Notes under the pieces: generated by a model
The model's database searches: none
What the model was told of the DNA's origin: nothing
What the model saw: only the letters and a program-made list of their open reading frames with translations
Assembly (NCBI GenBank): GCA_964476725.1
Contig: CAYZBZ010000001.1
Span: forward strand, 15,649 to 75,597
DNA length: 59,949 nucleotides
Source: an uncultured Vicinamibacterales bacterium
Lineage (GTDB): Bacteria > Acidobacteriota > Vicinamibacteria > Vicinamibacterales > 2-12-FULL-66-21
Direction of reading: 5' to 3'
Position numbers and translations under genes: made by a program
Shown here: positions 17,712-26,501 of the stretch, piece after piece
Position numbering within the stretch: position 1 is the stretch's first letter
Layout of the letters: each line of letters begins with the position of its first letter

Positions 17712-18846
17712 AACGCCCATACCTCTTCAGCAGGCTCCTGAGCGTGTCGTGCGGCAGACTCTCGACGACGCGGCCGTCCGCGCCGCGCATGGTCTCGCCG
17801 GCGACGAGCGCGTTGACGATGGCCTCTTCCGTGGCCTGGACCGTGGCGGCGAACAGCGCGCTGATCCGTTCGTTGGACAGCATCTCCACGTGCGCGACGT
17901 CGGGGTTCGCGGCCGCCTTCGCGTTCGCCGTCGAGAACGCGATGAAGATGTCGCCGGACCCGTTGCCGGATGTGGCCCCGGTGCGTGCGAGCCCCAGCGA
18001 CGCGCGCCGCGCAATCCGTTCGAGTTGATGCGGCAGCAGCGGCGCGTCGGTCCCGATGACGATGATGATGGAGCCCTGCTCCGGATCGTTGCCGCCGCGC
18101 GGGGGCGGAAGGGGAAGGTCGGCGCCGACCGGCACGCCCGCGATCCGCAGCTCCGGGCGCCGCCCATGATTGGCCTGCACCAGGACGCCGACGGTGTACC
18201 CGGCAGCCACCGTCCGCGACGCCGTGCCGGTCCCGCATTTGAACTGGTAGCAGATCATCCCCGTGCCGCCGCCGACATTCCCTTCGGCGGCCGGTCCACT
18301 CTTCGCGCCGTCGAGCGCCTGGAAGACATGTGCAGGCGTCACGTGGAACCCGTCGATGTCGTTCAGCGCGCCGTCCCAGGTCTCGGCCACGACGGGCAGC
18401 GACCAGGGCTGGTGCGTGGCCCCCCGCTTCAGGGCCCAGGCGATCGAGGCATCCCGAACCGTTCCGACGCTGTGCGTGTTGGTGATGAAGATTGGCCCTT
18501 CGAGGAAGCCCCCTTCCCTGATCCAGGTCGTGCCGGTCATCTCGCCGTTGCCGTTCATGGAGAACCAGCCGGCCATCACCGGATCGTTCGATCGCTTGCC
18601 CCGTGGAAGGATGGCGGTGACGCCCGTGCGGACAGGCCCCTTGCCCACGACGAGTGGACCATCGCCGCTGATAAGGGTCACGAGCCCGACCTCGACGCCG
18701 GCAACGTCGGTGATCGCGTTCAGCGCCCCAGGCGTTCCCTCGAAGGGCACGCCAAGATCACGTGCGCGTGGCCTGGGTGGCTGTGGCGCCGCCAGGACCG
18801 CGACCGCTGCCGCCAGAACGAAGACCAGCGAGAGGAGGCCATGCAT
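17710..18846 (-). CDS. DmpA/BapA-type (P1/S58 family) aminopeptidase, secreted
   Basis: 378 aa with a signal peptide. Motifs 'ITDVAGVEVG', 'TGVTAILP' and 'EGNVGGGTGMICYQFKCGTGTASR' (self-processing/nucleophile region). Confidence 0.85.
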   Translation of the reverse strand: MHGLLSLVFVLAAAVAVLAAPQPPRPRARDLGVPFEGTPGALNAITDVAGVEVGLVTLISGDGPLVVGKGPVRTGVTAILPRGKRSNDPVMAGWFSMNGNGEMTGTTWIREGGFLEGPIFITNTHSVGTVRDASIAWALKRGATHQPWSLPVVAETWDGALNDIDGFHVTPAHVFQALDGAKSGPAAEGNVGGGTGMICYQFKCGTGTASRTVAAGYTVGVLVQANHGRRPELRIAGVPVGADLPLPPPRGGNDPEQGSIIIVIGTDAPLLPHQLERIARRASLGLARTGATSGNGSGDIFIAFSTANAKAAANPDVAHVEMLSNERISALFAATVQATEEAIVNALVAGETMRGADGRVVESLPHDTLRSLLKRYGR

Positions 18847-18862
18847 GCGCGCATGGTAGCAG

Positions 18863-18890
18863 TTTCGAACTTCAGTCTTTCGAACTTCAG
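18863..18890. repeat. Direct repeat TTTCGAACTTCAG x2 (15-bp period)
   Basis: Copies at 18863-18875 and 18878-18890, each containing the TTCGAA palindrome. They lie in the 59-bp spacer upstream of the DmpA-like start. Confidence 0.9.
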
Positions 18891-18905
18891 CCTTCTAATC
18901 AGCCT

Positions 18906-20249
18906 TTACCGAATGACCTTGTATTTCTCGAACAGCAGCCGCTGGCGGGTCTCCTTGGGCATCTCGCGGCCGTTGATGAACACGTGTTCGGGGCCTGTCG
19001 TCAGCTCGAACGGGTCGCCGGACCACACGACGACGTCGGCGTCCTTGCCGATTTCGAGTGAGCCGTACCGGTCGGCGATGCCCCAGATGCGGGCCGGCTC
19101 GAGCGTGACCGCGCGCAGCGCCGCGTCGCGATCCATGCCGTACGAGATCGCGTTCCCGGCCTCCTGCCTGAGGTTGCGGGCGTTGTGCGTGTCGAACGAC
19201 GAGAGGACCACCGTGACCCCCGCCTTCGACAGCCGGGCGGCGTTCTCGAGGCTCGCGCCAAGGGAGTCGAAGCCGGGGATGTTCGTGAGCGGCTTGATGA
19301 CGACCGGCACCTTGCGTGCGGCGATCTGGTCCGCCACCCGCCATCCTTCGGCGGCGCCCATCAGGATCAGCTTCAGGTTGAACTCCTGCGCCAGCCGCAT
19401 GGCCGCGAGCAGATCGCTCGCGCGATTCGCCTCGATCGCCAGCGGCAGCTCCCCGCGCACCACGGGCCCCAGGGCTTCGAGGTCGAGCCGGCCGCGTCCG
19501 TACTGGCGTCGCTGCGCGTTGTTCCAGGCCGCGCGATTCCGCGAAAAGTCGAGCGCATCCTGCAGCGCCTCACGCAGCCGGAGCATCGCCGAGGCGCGCG
19601 AGCCCCCTTCGGCCGCCGCGCCCGATTCACCGAGCGCGGCGAACATCGCCGCCGGCGCCTTGCTGATGCTTTCCGGCACCTGCGCGCCGCTCAGGATCAT
19701 CACCGCCCCTTGTCCGCGGAGCACGTGCCCGGTCCCCGCCGGCATGACCACGGCCCTCGTGATCCCTTCGACGCGCGTGATCGGAATGATCGTCGCGTCG
19801 CCGTTGAACGAATCGACCACGTTGAACGCCGCGCTCAGGCCCGGGTCGGTCGTCGTCTGGTCGGCCGTGCCTTCCGCGGACGAGGGGATCTCGACGATGC
19901 CGATCTGGGTCGCAGATTCGAGCCATCCGGGCGTCACCACCTTGCCGGTGCCGTCGATCACCCGCGCTCCGGCCGGCACCTGGACGTCCGCGCCAACGGC
20001 CGCGATCTTCCCCGCACGGATCAACACCGTGCCGCGCTCGATGGCCGGCCCTGCGACCGGCAGCACGCGCGCGTTCGTGATGGCGATCGTCTCTGCCGGT
20101 TCCACAGGCCGCGCAGCGGGCCGGGGCTGCGGACGCCGCGTGGCGGGCGCGGTCTGAGGCGACGGCGCGGTTAGGGCAGGGCTGAAGCCCTGCGCTACCG
20201 GATGATGAATGCTGAAGATGGCAAGGAGGCAGGCGGCTGCAAGCGTCAT
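18906..20249 (-). CDS. Amidohydrolase-superfamily paralog lacking the HxH metal ligands (probable non-catalytic partner)
   Basis: 447 aa and secreted. It aligns to the upstream amidohydrolase, but 'PGIIDTHSHLG' is replaced by 'PGWLESATQIG' and 'FHHAVE' by 'LMGAAEG'. The start overlaps the upstream stop (ATGA at 20246-20249). Confidence 0.75.
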   Translation of the reverse strand: MTLAAACLLAIFSIHHPVAQGFSPALTAPSPQTAPATRRPQPRPAARPVEPAETIAITNARVLPVAGPAIERGTVLIRAGKIAAVGADVQVPAGARVIDGTGKVVTPGWLESATQIGIVEIPSSAEGTADQTTTDPGLSAAFNVVDSFNGDATIIPITRVEGITRAVVMPAGTGHVLRGQGAVMILSGAQVPESISKAPAAMFAALGESGAAAEGGSRASAMLRLREALQDALDFSRNRAAWNNAQRRQYGRGRLDLEALGPVVRGELPLAIEANRASDLLAAMRLAQEFNLKLILMGAAEGWRVADQIAARKVPVVIKPLTNIPGFDSLGASLENAARLSKAGVTVVLSSFDTHNARNLRQEAGNAISYGMDRDAALRAVTLEPARIWGIADRYGSLEIGKDADVVVWSGDPFELTTGPEHVFINGREMPKETRQRLLFEKYKVIR

Positions 20250-21757
20250 CGAACGCCTCCCTGCGGGAGAATCCCCGTCACGAAATCCCGCCTCGGCTGC
20301 TTCGACGGATCGTTCCGGTCGTAGACCAGCGCGCCGTCAAGGAACACCTGCTCCGCGCGGCTGTAGACGCTGAACGGATCGGACGACCACAGCACGACGT
20401 CCGCGTTCTTCCCCGGCTCGAGCGAGCCGGTGACCTTGTCGATGCCGAGCGCCTTTGCCGGGTTGATCGTCAGCCACCTCACCGCGTCGGCGCGCTCGAT
20501 CGTGAAACCGGCCTCCCACCCCGCGCGCATGGCTTTGGCGGCTTCCTGATTCAGCCGCTGAATCCCGTTCGGGTCGTCCGAGTGCACGATCGCGCATCCC
20601 TTCGCCTGATCCACCAGCGCGATGTTCTCGCGGATGCCGTCGTAGGCCTCGAGCTTGAAGCCCCACCAGTCCGCCCACATGCTCGCGCAGATGAGGTTGG
20701 CCGCGAGCAGGTCGCGAATCTTGTACGCCTCCACCGCGTGATGGAAGGAAGTGATCTTGTAGCCGAACTCCCTGGCGATGTTGATCATGATCGCCATCTC
20801 GTCCGCCCGGTAGCAGTGGTTGTGGACGAGGATCTCGCCGTCGAGCACGCCGGCAAGGGTCTCGAGTTGCAGGTTGCGATCCGGGCGCTTCTCGGGATCG
20901 GCGTCCGAGTCCTTCCATCTCTTGACGCGGTCGCGATACTCGGACGCCGCCTGCCAGGCGCGGCGATAGCCGGCCACGTTCCCCATCCGCGTCTGCGGCG
21001 CGCTGTTGCGCGAGCCGTACACGCGCTTGGGATTCTCGCCGCACGCCATCTTCAACCCGTAGGGCGCACCCGGAAACTTCATCCCTTCCGCCGTCCGCGA
21101 CGGCACGTTCTTCACCGTCACGCCGCGTCCGCCGAACAGGTTCGCCGACCCCGGCAGGATCTGCATCGACGTCACGCCGCCGGCGAGCGCGAGATCGAAC
21201 TGCGGATCCTGCGGCCAGATCGAGTGCTCCGCGGAGACCTCGGCGGTGTCCGGGCTCGTCATCTCGTTGCCGTCCTGCACCGCCGCGATGCCGGGCGCGG
21301 GATAGACGCCGAGGTGCGAGTGCGTGTCGATGATGCCGGGCGTCACCCACTTGCCGTTCGCGTCGATGACGAGCGCGTCCGCCGGCGCGTCGACGGCCTG
21401 CCCCACCGCGGCGACCTTGCCGTTCTGCAGGAGGATCGAGCCGCGCTCGATCGCCGGGCCGGCGGCCGTCAGGATCGTCGCGTTGCGGATGACCGTCGTC
21501 CGGGACGGCAGCGGCTGATATGTCGACGCGTATGCGTTCGGCGCGACGGGCGCACCTCCCCCTTGCTGCGGCGCCCCCTCCGGGGGCGGCGTGGGCGTGC
21601 GCGCCCCCGGCATCGCGGGATTGGGTGACGGCCGAGGCTGTTCGGTGGATGCGGGGCGCTCTGTGGGGGATGGCCGCTGTTGTGCGCCGGCGATCCCGGC
21701 GTGCGCAACAGCCATCACGCACGCAGCAGCCGCGGTACTGGCCAGACGTAGACGCAT
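20246..21757 (-). CDS. Secreted metal-dependent amidohydrolase (Xaa-Arg/Lys carboxypeptidase / imidazolonepropionase-like)
   Basis: ATG at 21757 gives signal peptide 'MRLRLASTAAAACVMAVAHAGIAGA'. Motifs 'GIIDTHSHLG', 'FHHAVE', 'IVHSDD' and 'GSLEPGKNADVVLW'. Confidence 0.85.
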   Translation of the reverse strand: MRLRLASTAAAACVMAVAHAGIAGAQQRPSPTERPASTEQPRPSPNPAMPGARTPTPPPEGAPQQGGGAPVAPNAYASTYQPLPSRTTVIRNATILTAAGPAIERGSILLQNGKVAAVGQAVDAPADALVIDANGKWVTPGIIDTHSHLGVYPAPGIAAVQDGNEMTSPDTAEVSAEHSIWPQDPQFDLALAGGVTSMQILPGSANLFGGRGVTVKNVPSRTAEGMKFPGAPYGLKMACGENPKRVYGSRNSAPQTRMGNVAGYRRAWQAASEYRDRVKRWKDSDADPEKRPDRNLQLETLAGVLDGEILVHNHCYRADEMAIMINIAREFGYKITSFHHAVEAYKIRDLLAANLICASMWADWWGFKLEAYDGIRENIALVDQAKGCAIVHSDDPNGIQRLNQEAAKAMRAGWEAGFTIERADAVRWLTINPAKALGIDKVTGSLEPGKNADVVLWSSDPFSVYSRAEQVFLDGALVYDRNDPSKQPRRDFVTGILPQGGVR

Positions 21758-21775
21758 GTTCGATGTCCTTTGTAG

Positions 21776-21815
21776 CTTCCGCCTTAGGCGGAAGATCCTC
21801 TTCAGGCGGAAGATC
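21776..21815 (-). promoter_or_regulatory. Leader hairpin (CTTCCGCC-tta-GGCGGAAG) plus direct repeat AGGCGGAAGATCC x2
   Basis: An 8-bp perfect stem at 21776-21794. Direct repeats at 21786-21798 and 21803-21815. It sits about 20 nt 5' of the amidohydrolase ATG on the minus strand. Confidence 0.5.
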
Positions 21816-21919
21816 CGCGCCACGGATAATATCGCTGGAAGGGTGAGGGAAAGAAATCACGAGGGACAGCGTCGTCGATCGATCAGTCGGAGTGTGGGGC
21901 CTGGCCCCGGCAGGCTATA

Positions 21920-22462
21920 GTGGCGAGCATGGCCGAACGGTCCGTGGTTCTGACCGAATCGCCCGGCATCGCGGACGGCGTCGAGCGCCGGCTCGATCCG
22001 CAGTTCGTGCCGTTCCAGCGCGCCGTGGGGTGGATCGTCACGGCTTCGGTTTCGGCCGGCATGCTGATCACGTCGGTGATCATCTGGCTGGCGGGTGATC
22101 TGCCGCGGTGGCTGACCCTGATGTTCGCTCCGTTGTGGCTTGCCTTGACGGCGGGCGTCGGCTGGCTGTGCTACGCCTGGCCGGTCCTCGAGCATCGGCA
22201 TACCTCGTACACGCTCGACGCGCAGGGCATCGAGATCCGCTCGGGCGTCGTCTGGCGCGCGGTGACGTGCGTGCCGAAATCGCGCGTACAGCACATCGAC
22301 GTATCGCAGGGGCCGATGGAGCGCTCCTACAACCTCGGCCGTCTCATCATTCACACGGCCGGCACCGATCATTCGAGGGTCGAGCTGCCGGGACTGAACC
22401 ACCAGGTCGCCTTCAGCCTCCGCAATCATCTGCTGCCAGGAGGAAGCGATGACGCCGTCTGA
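21920..22462 (+). CDS. YdbS-like membrane protein with bacterial PH (bPH_2) domain
   Basis: 180 aa with two TM helices followed by 'YTLDAQGIEIRSGVVWRAVTCVPKSRVQHIDVSQGPMERSYNLGRLIIHTAG'. The start is GTG 21920 or in-frame ATG 21929. Confidence 0.75.
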   Translation: MASMAERSVVLTESPGIADGVERRLDPQFVPFQRAVGWIVTASVSAGMLITSVIIWLAGDLPRWLTLMFAPLWLALTAGVGWLCYAWPVLEHRHTSYTLDAQGIEIRSGVVWRAVTCVPKSRVQHIDVSQGPMERSYNLGRLIIHTAGTDHSRVELPGLNHQVAFSLRNHLLPGGSDDAV

Positions 22463-23960
22463 ACGGCGGCTCCATCCTTTGTCGTTTGTATTCGACCTCA
22501 GCGGGCAGCTCCAGCAGTTTCTGGTCCCGGGCCTCCTCGTGCTCGTCGGGGCGGGGTCGGCCGGATGGGACTGGCAAGCGTGGCTGATGGTGCTGCTGAT
22601 TCCGTCGGCGGTCGTGGCAGTCGTCCGTTCGCTGTCGTTCCGGTATCGCTTCGACGCCAGCGAGCTCGTCATCAAGAGCGGCTTCATCTTCTGCAACGAG
22701 CGCCACGTGCCCTACGCCCGCATTCAAAACATCGACGCGGTCCAGAACGTCGTCCATCGCCTGCTCGGACTCGTCGAGGTCCGCATAGAGACGGGCAGCG
22801 GAGCGGAAGCGGAAGCGAGGATGAGCGTGCTGCCGCTCCCCGCGCTCGAGGAAATGCGCGCGAATGTTTTTTCCGGCAGACAGTCGGCCGTCTCTTCCGT
22901 CATGCCATCGGACGGCGCGCTGCCGGAGCGGCGCGCGCTGTTGCGGCTGGGCCCGCGCGAGCTGCTGCTGGCGGGGTTCATCGACAGCCGCGGTCTGGTG
23001 ATTGCCGGGGCGGCCTTTGGTCTCCTCTGGGAGCTTGGGCTGTTCGATTCGACGATCGACATGGTGTTTGGCGAGAAGGCATCCGGCCGCGGAATGATTC
23101 GTCAGTTCGTGCGGGGGCTCATCGGCGGAGGCATGCCACCGCCTGGCCGGCTTGCGCTCGGCGTGGCGGCGTTTGGCGCGCTCGTAGTCGTGATGCGGGT
23201 CATGTCGATGGGCTGGTCGCTCATCCGGTTGTACGGCTTTACGCTCGACCGCACGGGTGACGACCTGCGTGCGAAATTCGGACTGTTCACGCGCGTCATG
23301 GCCACGATTCCGCTTCGTCGTATCCAGATGCTGACGATCCGCGAGGGACCGCTTCACCGGTTGTTCAGGACGGCATCCGTCCGTGCAGACACTGCAGGGG
23401 GGAACGGTGTCGAAGGAGGCGCCGCGACACGCGAGTCGCTGGCGCCGATCATCAGGGTCAGGGATCTGCCGCAATTGCTTCGGGAAGTCCTGCCCGATAT
23501 CGACATCACCGACGTTCAATGGCGCCCGATCGACCCGCGAGGCTTCCGGCGCGAGCTGAAGGGCTCGCTTATCGTTGCGGTCGCGATATCGGCGCCGTTC
23601 GTGCTGATGCTGAAGTGGTGGACGCTCGTGCTGCTGTCGATGCTGGCCGTCTGGGGGTACGTGAATGCGCGGCTGTACGTGAAACACGTCGGCTGGGCGC
23701 TGACCGATCGTGCGGTGCTGTTTCGAACCGGGTGGATCTCGAGGACGGTGCGCGTGGCGCGTTTCACGAAGATCCAGGCAGTCACGATGAACGAATCCCC
23801 ATTCGATCGCCGGTGGCGCATGGCACGGGTTCGTGTGGACACCGCAGGCGCCGGCGATGCCTCGCACCGCGTTGACGTTCCCTATCTCGGACACGACACG
23901 GCGCGCCGCCTCTACGAGCGGCTTTCGGGCGAAGCCGCGCGCACGGCCTTCCGCTGGTAG
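22449..23960 (+). CDS. YdbT-like membrane protein with three bPH_2 repeats
   Basis: 503 aa overlapping the upstream gene by 14 nt. It has three repeats of the 'R.I..I...Q....R..GL' pattern separated by TM hairpins. Confidence 0.75.
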   Translation: MTPSERRLHPLSFVFDLSGQLQQFLVPGLLVLVGAGSAGWDWQAWLMVLLIPSAVVAVVRSLSFRYRFDASELVIKSGFIFCNERHVPYARIQNIDAVQNVVHRLLGLVEVRIETGSGAEAEARMSVLPLPALEEMRANVFSGRQSAVSSVMPSDGALPERRALLRLGPRELLLAGFIDSRGLVIAGAAFGLLWELGLFDSTIDMVFGEKASGRGMIRQFVRGLIGGGMPPPGRLALGVAAFGALVVVMRVMSMGWSLIRLYGFTLDRTGDDLRAKFGLFTRVMATIPLRRIQMLTIREGPLHRLFRTASVRADTAGGNGVEGGAATRESLAPIIRVRDLPQLLREVLPDIDITDVQWRPIDPRGFRRELKGSLIVAVAISAPFVLMLKWWTLVLLSMLAVWGYVNARLYVKHVGWALTDRAVLFRTGWISRTVRVARFTKIQAVTMNESPFDRRWRMARVRVDTAGAGDASHRVDVPYLGHDTARRLYERLSGEAARTAFRW

Positions 23961-24267
23961 CGGTCGCTCGTCCACTCCGTGGTTCCTGATGATCTCGACG
24001 CATCACGACGCGTAAGCCCGGTTGTCAGGGGCATGGCTTCGCTGCCAGAGGCAGCAGCCGCGGCCCGGACGGCGCCTGGGTCCGAAGTTCCCGCGCCTTC
24101 GTGCCGGCCGACCCCTGGGGCCTGGTTACAAAATCGGTGCGTCAACATACCGAACTGTTAAGAGAGGATCGGGGCAGACACGAAAGCCATCGAAAATCTG
24201 GGCATTTCTGGCCTCGTATGCGGTCCCTGGGTTGCAGGGCATCGACTTCTTCTCCCTGTATCCAGCG

Positions 24268-26034
24268 ATGGAATTCCACGACTACGCCGCACAGGAAACG
24301 TCCGCGCTGCTCGCGCGGCTGCTCGCCAACCGGTCAGAAGCGTCCACTCAGCAGCTCCGGACGGTGCGCGACGCGCTCGAGGCTGCCACGCACGCGCTCG
24401 AAGCCCCTCCCGAGCTCGACCACGACATCCAGGAGTTGGTCGCGAGGCTGGCGCACGCCGCCGCCGAGCAGGTGCGCCGGGTCGGCGACGAGGCCCACGC
24501 GACGGTGAACGCCGTGCGCGGAGAGATGGAGGCGCAGCGGGCCGAAAGCGAGCGGCTGGCGGCTTCGCTCGCGCAGGCCGAAGCGGCGGCCAACGCGCTT
24601 CGGACCGAGGTCCAGAACGAGCGCGAGCGCGCCGACGCGGCCGACCGCGATTTGACGGTGACGGTCGACGCGCACACCGAGCTCGAAGCCGCGTGCCGAA
24701 AAGCCGAAGCGGCGTGCAGGCACGAGACGCAGGCGAAGGCGGCGGTGGAAGAGGATCTGCGCGCGGCACACGAGCAGCTCGAGTCCGCGCGTCAGGCGAT
24801 CGAATCCGCGCGTCAGCACGAGGCCGACGCCAGATCGGCTCTCGAGAAGGACCTGCAGGAAGCGCGTGGATTGCTCGACATGGCGCTCGCCGATACGGTG
24901 CGGCTCGGAGGCGATCTCGAACAGCAGACCGCCGAGTGCGTCACGCTGCGCGCGGAGTTGGCCAACGCGCGCGAAGTCGGCGCGGAGCGCGACGCGATAC
25001 GGGCGCAGCGCGACAGCATGGCGGTCGAGCGTGGCGCCGTCGTCGCGCAGCTCGAAGCCAGCAGCGGGCGCGTTCACGCGCTCGAGAGCAGCCAGGCCCG
25101 GCACGAAGAGGCCATCCGGCAGCTCGAAAGCGCGCTCGAGCACGCCCGCCAGGGAGAAGCGAAGTTCCGCGAGCAGGTCGCCAGCGGCGAACAGGAGAGC
25201 AGTGGCGTACGGGCTGAGGCCGAGGCGCTGCGTGGGGAAGTCGACAGGATGATCGCGCTGCTCGACGCCTCGGTGCACACCGTCGGCGAGCTCGCGAGCG
25301 TGGGCACCGTCCCCGATCTGCTGTCCGCGCTCGTGACGGGGCTCTCGGTTGAGTTCCCGCGTGTGGCTGTCTTCCGCGTGAAGGGGAACTGCCTCGAGGG
25401 AGAGCTGCAGGTCGGGTTCGAGCAGACCACCGACGTCACGAAGTTCGTGTTCCCGCTCAACCTGGACTCGCTGCTGACGCGCGTCGTCACGTCCGGCGCC
25501 ATCGAGCGTCTCACGGGGAGCGAGCTGGCCGACCACGGCGGCACGCCGTTCGGCGGCACGCCGTCAGCGGCGCTCGCGCTGCCCATCGTGCTCCAGGGTG
25601 AACCGTTTGCCGTCGTGTATGCGGAAGATTCGGATCGCGGTCCCACGAGCCACAAGTCGAGCGTGGGGTTTGCCAAGCTGCTGGTTGCGCAGACCGTCGT
25701 GCTGTTGATGCGGCACACCCACGAGCTCAAGACCCTCAACGAGCTGCGCGAGTACGCGGCCATGCTCCTCCACGAAGCCGAACAGATGTACACGGCGGAC
25801 TGGGAATCAGGAAAGGCCGCCGACGAGCTGTGCACGCGGCTGAAAGACAACCTCGACTGCGCGCGCCAGCTCTATGGGCACCGCGCGGCACTGGAAGGGT
25901 CGGCGGCCGCGACGCTGCTCGACGAGCAGATCGCCACCGCGATCGAGGCCTCCACCCCGTTCGCCCAGGATCTGGCGACGGTCGTCGGCCGCCCGAAAGA
26001 GAAGAAGTCCCGCCGCAAGGCCGAAGCCTCTTAA
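24268..26034 (+). CDS. Long coiled-coil protein with C-terminal GAF-like domain
   Basis: ATG at 24268 ('MEFHDYAAQE'). About 330 aa of Ala/Glu/Arg heptad-like coiled coil is followed by a GAF-like block 'FPRVAVFRVKGNCLEGELQVGF...LALPIVLQGEPFAVVYAED'. Confidence 0.65.
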   Translation: MEFHDYAAQETSALLARLLANRSEASTQQLRTVRDALEAATHALEAPPELDHDIQELVARLAHAAAEQVRRVGDEAHATVNAVRGEMEAQRAESERLAASLAQAEAAANALRTEVQNERERADAADRDLTVTVDAHTELEAACRKAEAACRHETQAKAAVEEDLRAAHEQLESARQAIESARQHEADARSALEKDLQEARGLLDMALADTVRLGGDLEQQTAECVTLRAELANAREVGAERDAIRAQRDSMAVERGAVVAQLEASSGRVHALESSQARHEEAIRQLESALEHARQGEAKFREQVASGEQESSGVRAEAEALRGEVDRMIALLDASVHTVGELASVGTVPDLLSALVTGLSVEFPRVAVFRVKGNCLEGELQVGFEQTTDVTKFVFPLNLDSLLTRVVTSGAIERLTGSELADHGGTPFGGTPSAALALPIVLQGEPFAVVYAEDSDRGPTSHKSSVGFAKLLVAQTVVLLMRHTHELKTLNELREYAAMLLHEAEQMYTADWESGKAADELCTRLKDNLDCARQLYGHRAALEGSAAATLLDEQIATAIEASTPFAQDLATVVGRPKEKKSRRKAEAS

Positions 26035-26058
26035 TTAACGCCAGAACCCCGCCGAACC

Positions 26059-26086
26059 TTGCGGAACCCAGCCGAACCCGTATAAT
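26059..26086 (+). promoter_or_regulatory. Sigma70-type promoter candidate: TTGCGG -16 nt- TATAAT
   Basis: A perfect TATAAT at 26081-26086 lies 35 nt upstream of the STAS ATG, with GAGG at 26113-26116. It is embedded in GCCGAACC repeats. Confidence 0.5.
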
Positions 26087-26121
26087 CCGCCCACAGTCCC
26101 CTCGTTCACGCCGAGGTTCCC

Positions 26122-26481
26122 ATGGCGATGACGATGACCGAACGCTGGGTTGGAGATGTGACGATCCTGGATCTGAAGGGTCGCCTGGTGCTCGACGAAG
26201 GTGACGTCGTGCTCCGTGCGCGGGTCAACGGGCTGATCGGTCAGTCGCGGCTGAAGATTGTGATCAACATGCAGGACGTCACCTACATTGACAGCTGCGG
26301 CGTCGGGGCCCTCGTCGAGAAGTACGTGAGCGTGCGCCGGCAGGGCGGGGACGTCAAGCTGCTGCAGCTCACGAAGCGCAGCCACCGCATCCTGAGAATC
26401 ACCGGGCTGCTGAACGTCTTCGAGGCGTACAACACGGAAGCCGACGCCGTGACCAGCTTCGCCGCCGGCGGCCAACGATGA
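26122..26481 (+). CDS. STAS-domain anti-sigma-factor antagonist (SpoIIAA/RsbV-like)
   Basis: 119 aa. 'VTILDLKGRL' and 'VTYIDSCGVGALV' (phospho-Ser position) with a STAS-length fold. Confidence 0.85.
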   Translation: MAMTMTERWVGDVTILDLKGRLVLDEGDVVLRARVNGLIGQSRLKIVINMQDVTYIDSCGVGALVEKYVSVRRQGGDVKLLQLTKRSHRILRITGLLNVFEAYNTEADAVTSFAAGGQR

Positions 26482-26501
26482 TGAAAGCCGATCGTCTGGT
26501 C

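Noticed and set aside
21758-21823. In-frame N-terminal extension 'MARIFRLKRIFRLRRKLQRTSN' of the amidohydrolase, as a possible leader peptide.
   Set aside because: The repeated 'RIFRL' merely reflects the DNA direct repeat and hairpin. The ATG at 21757 gives a normal signal peptide. There is no independent support for translation.
24022-24267. Upstream extension of the coiled-coil/GAF ORF.
   Set aside because: The translation ('MSGAWLRCQRQQPRPGRRLGPKFPRLRAGRPLG...') is Arg/Pro-rich and not protein-like. The ATG at 24268 starts the coherent coiled-coil sequence.
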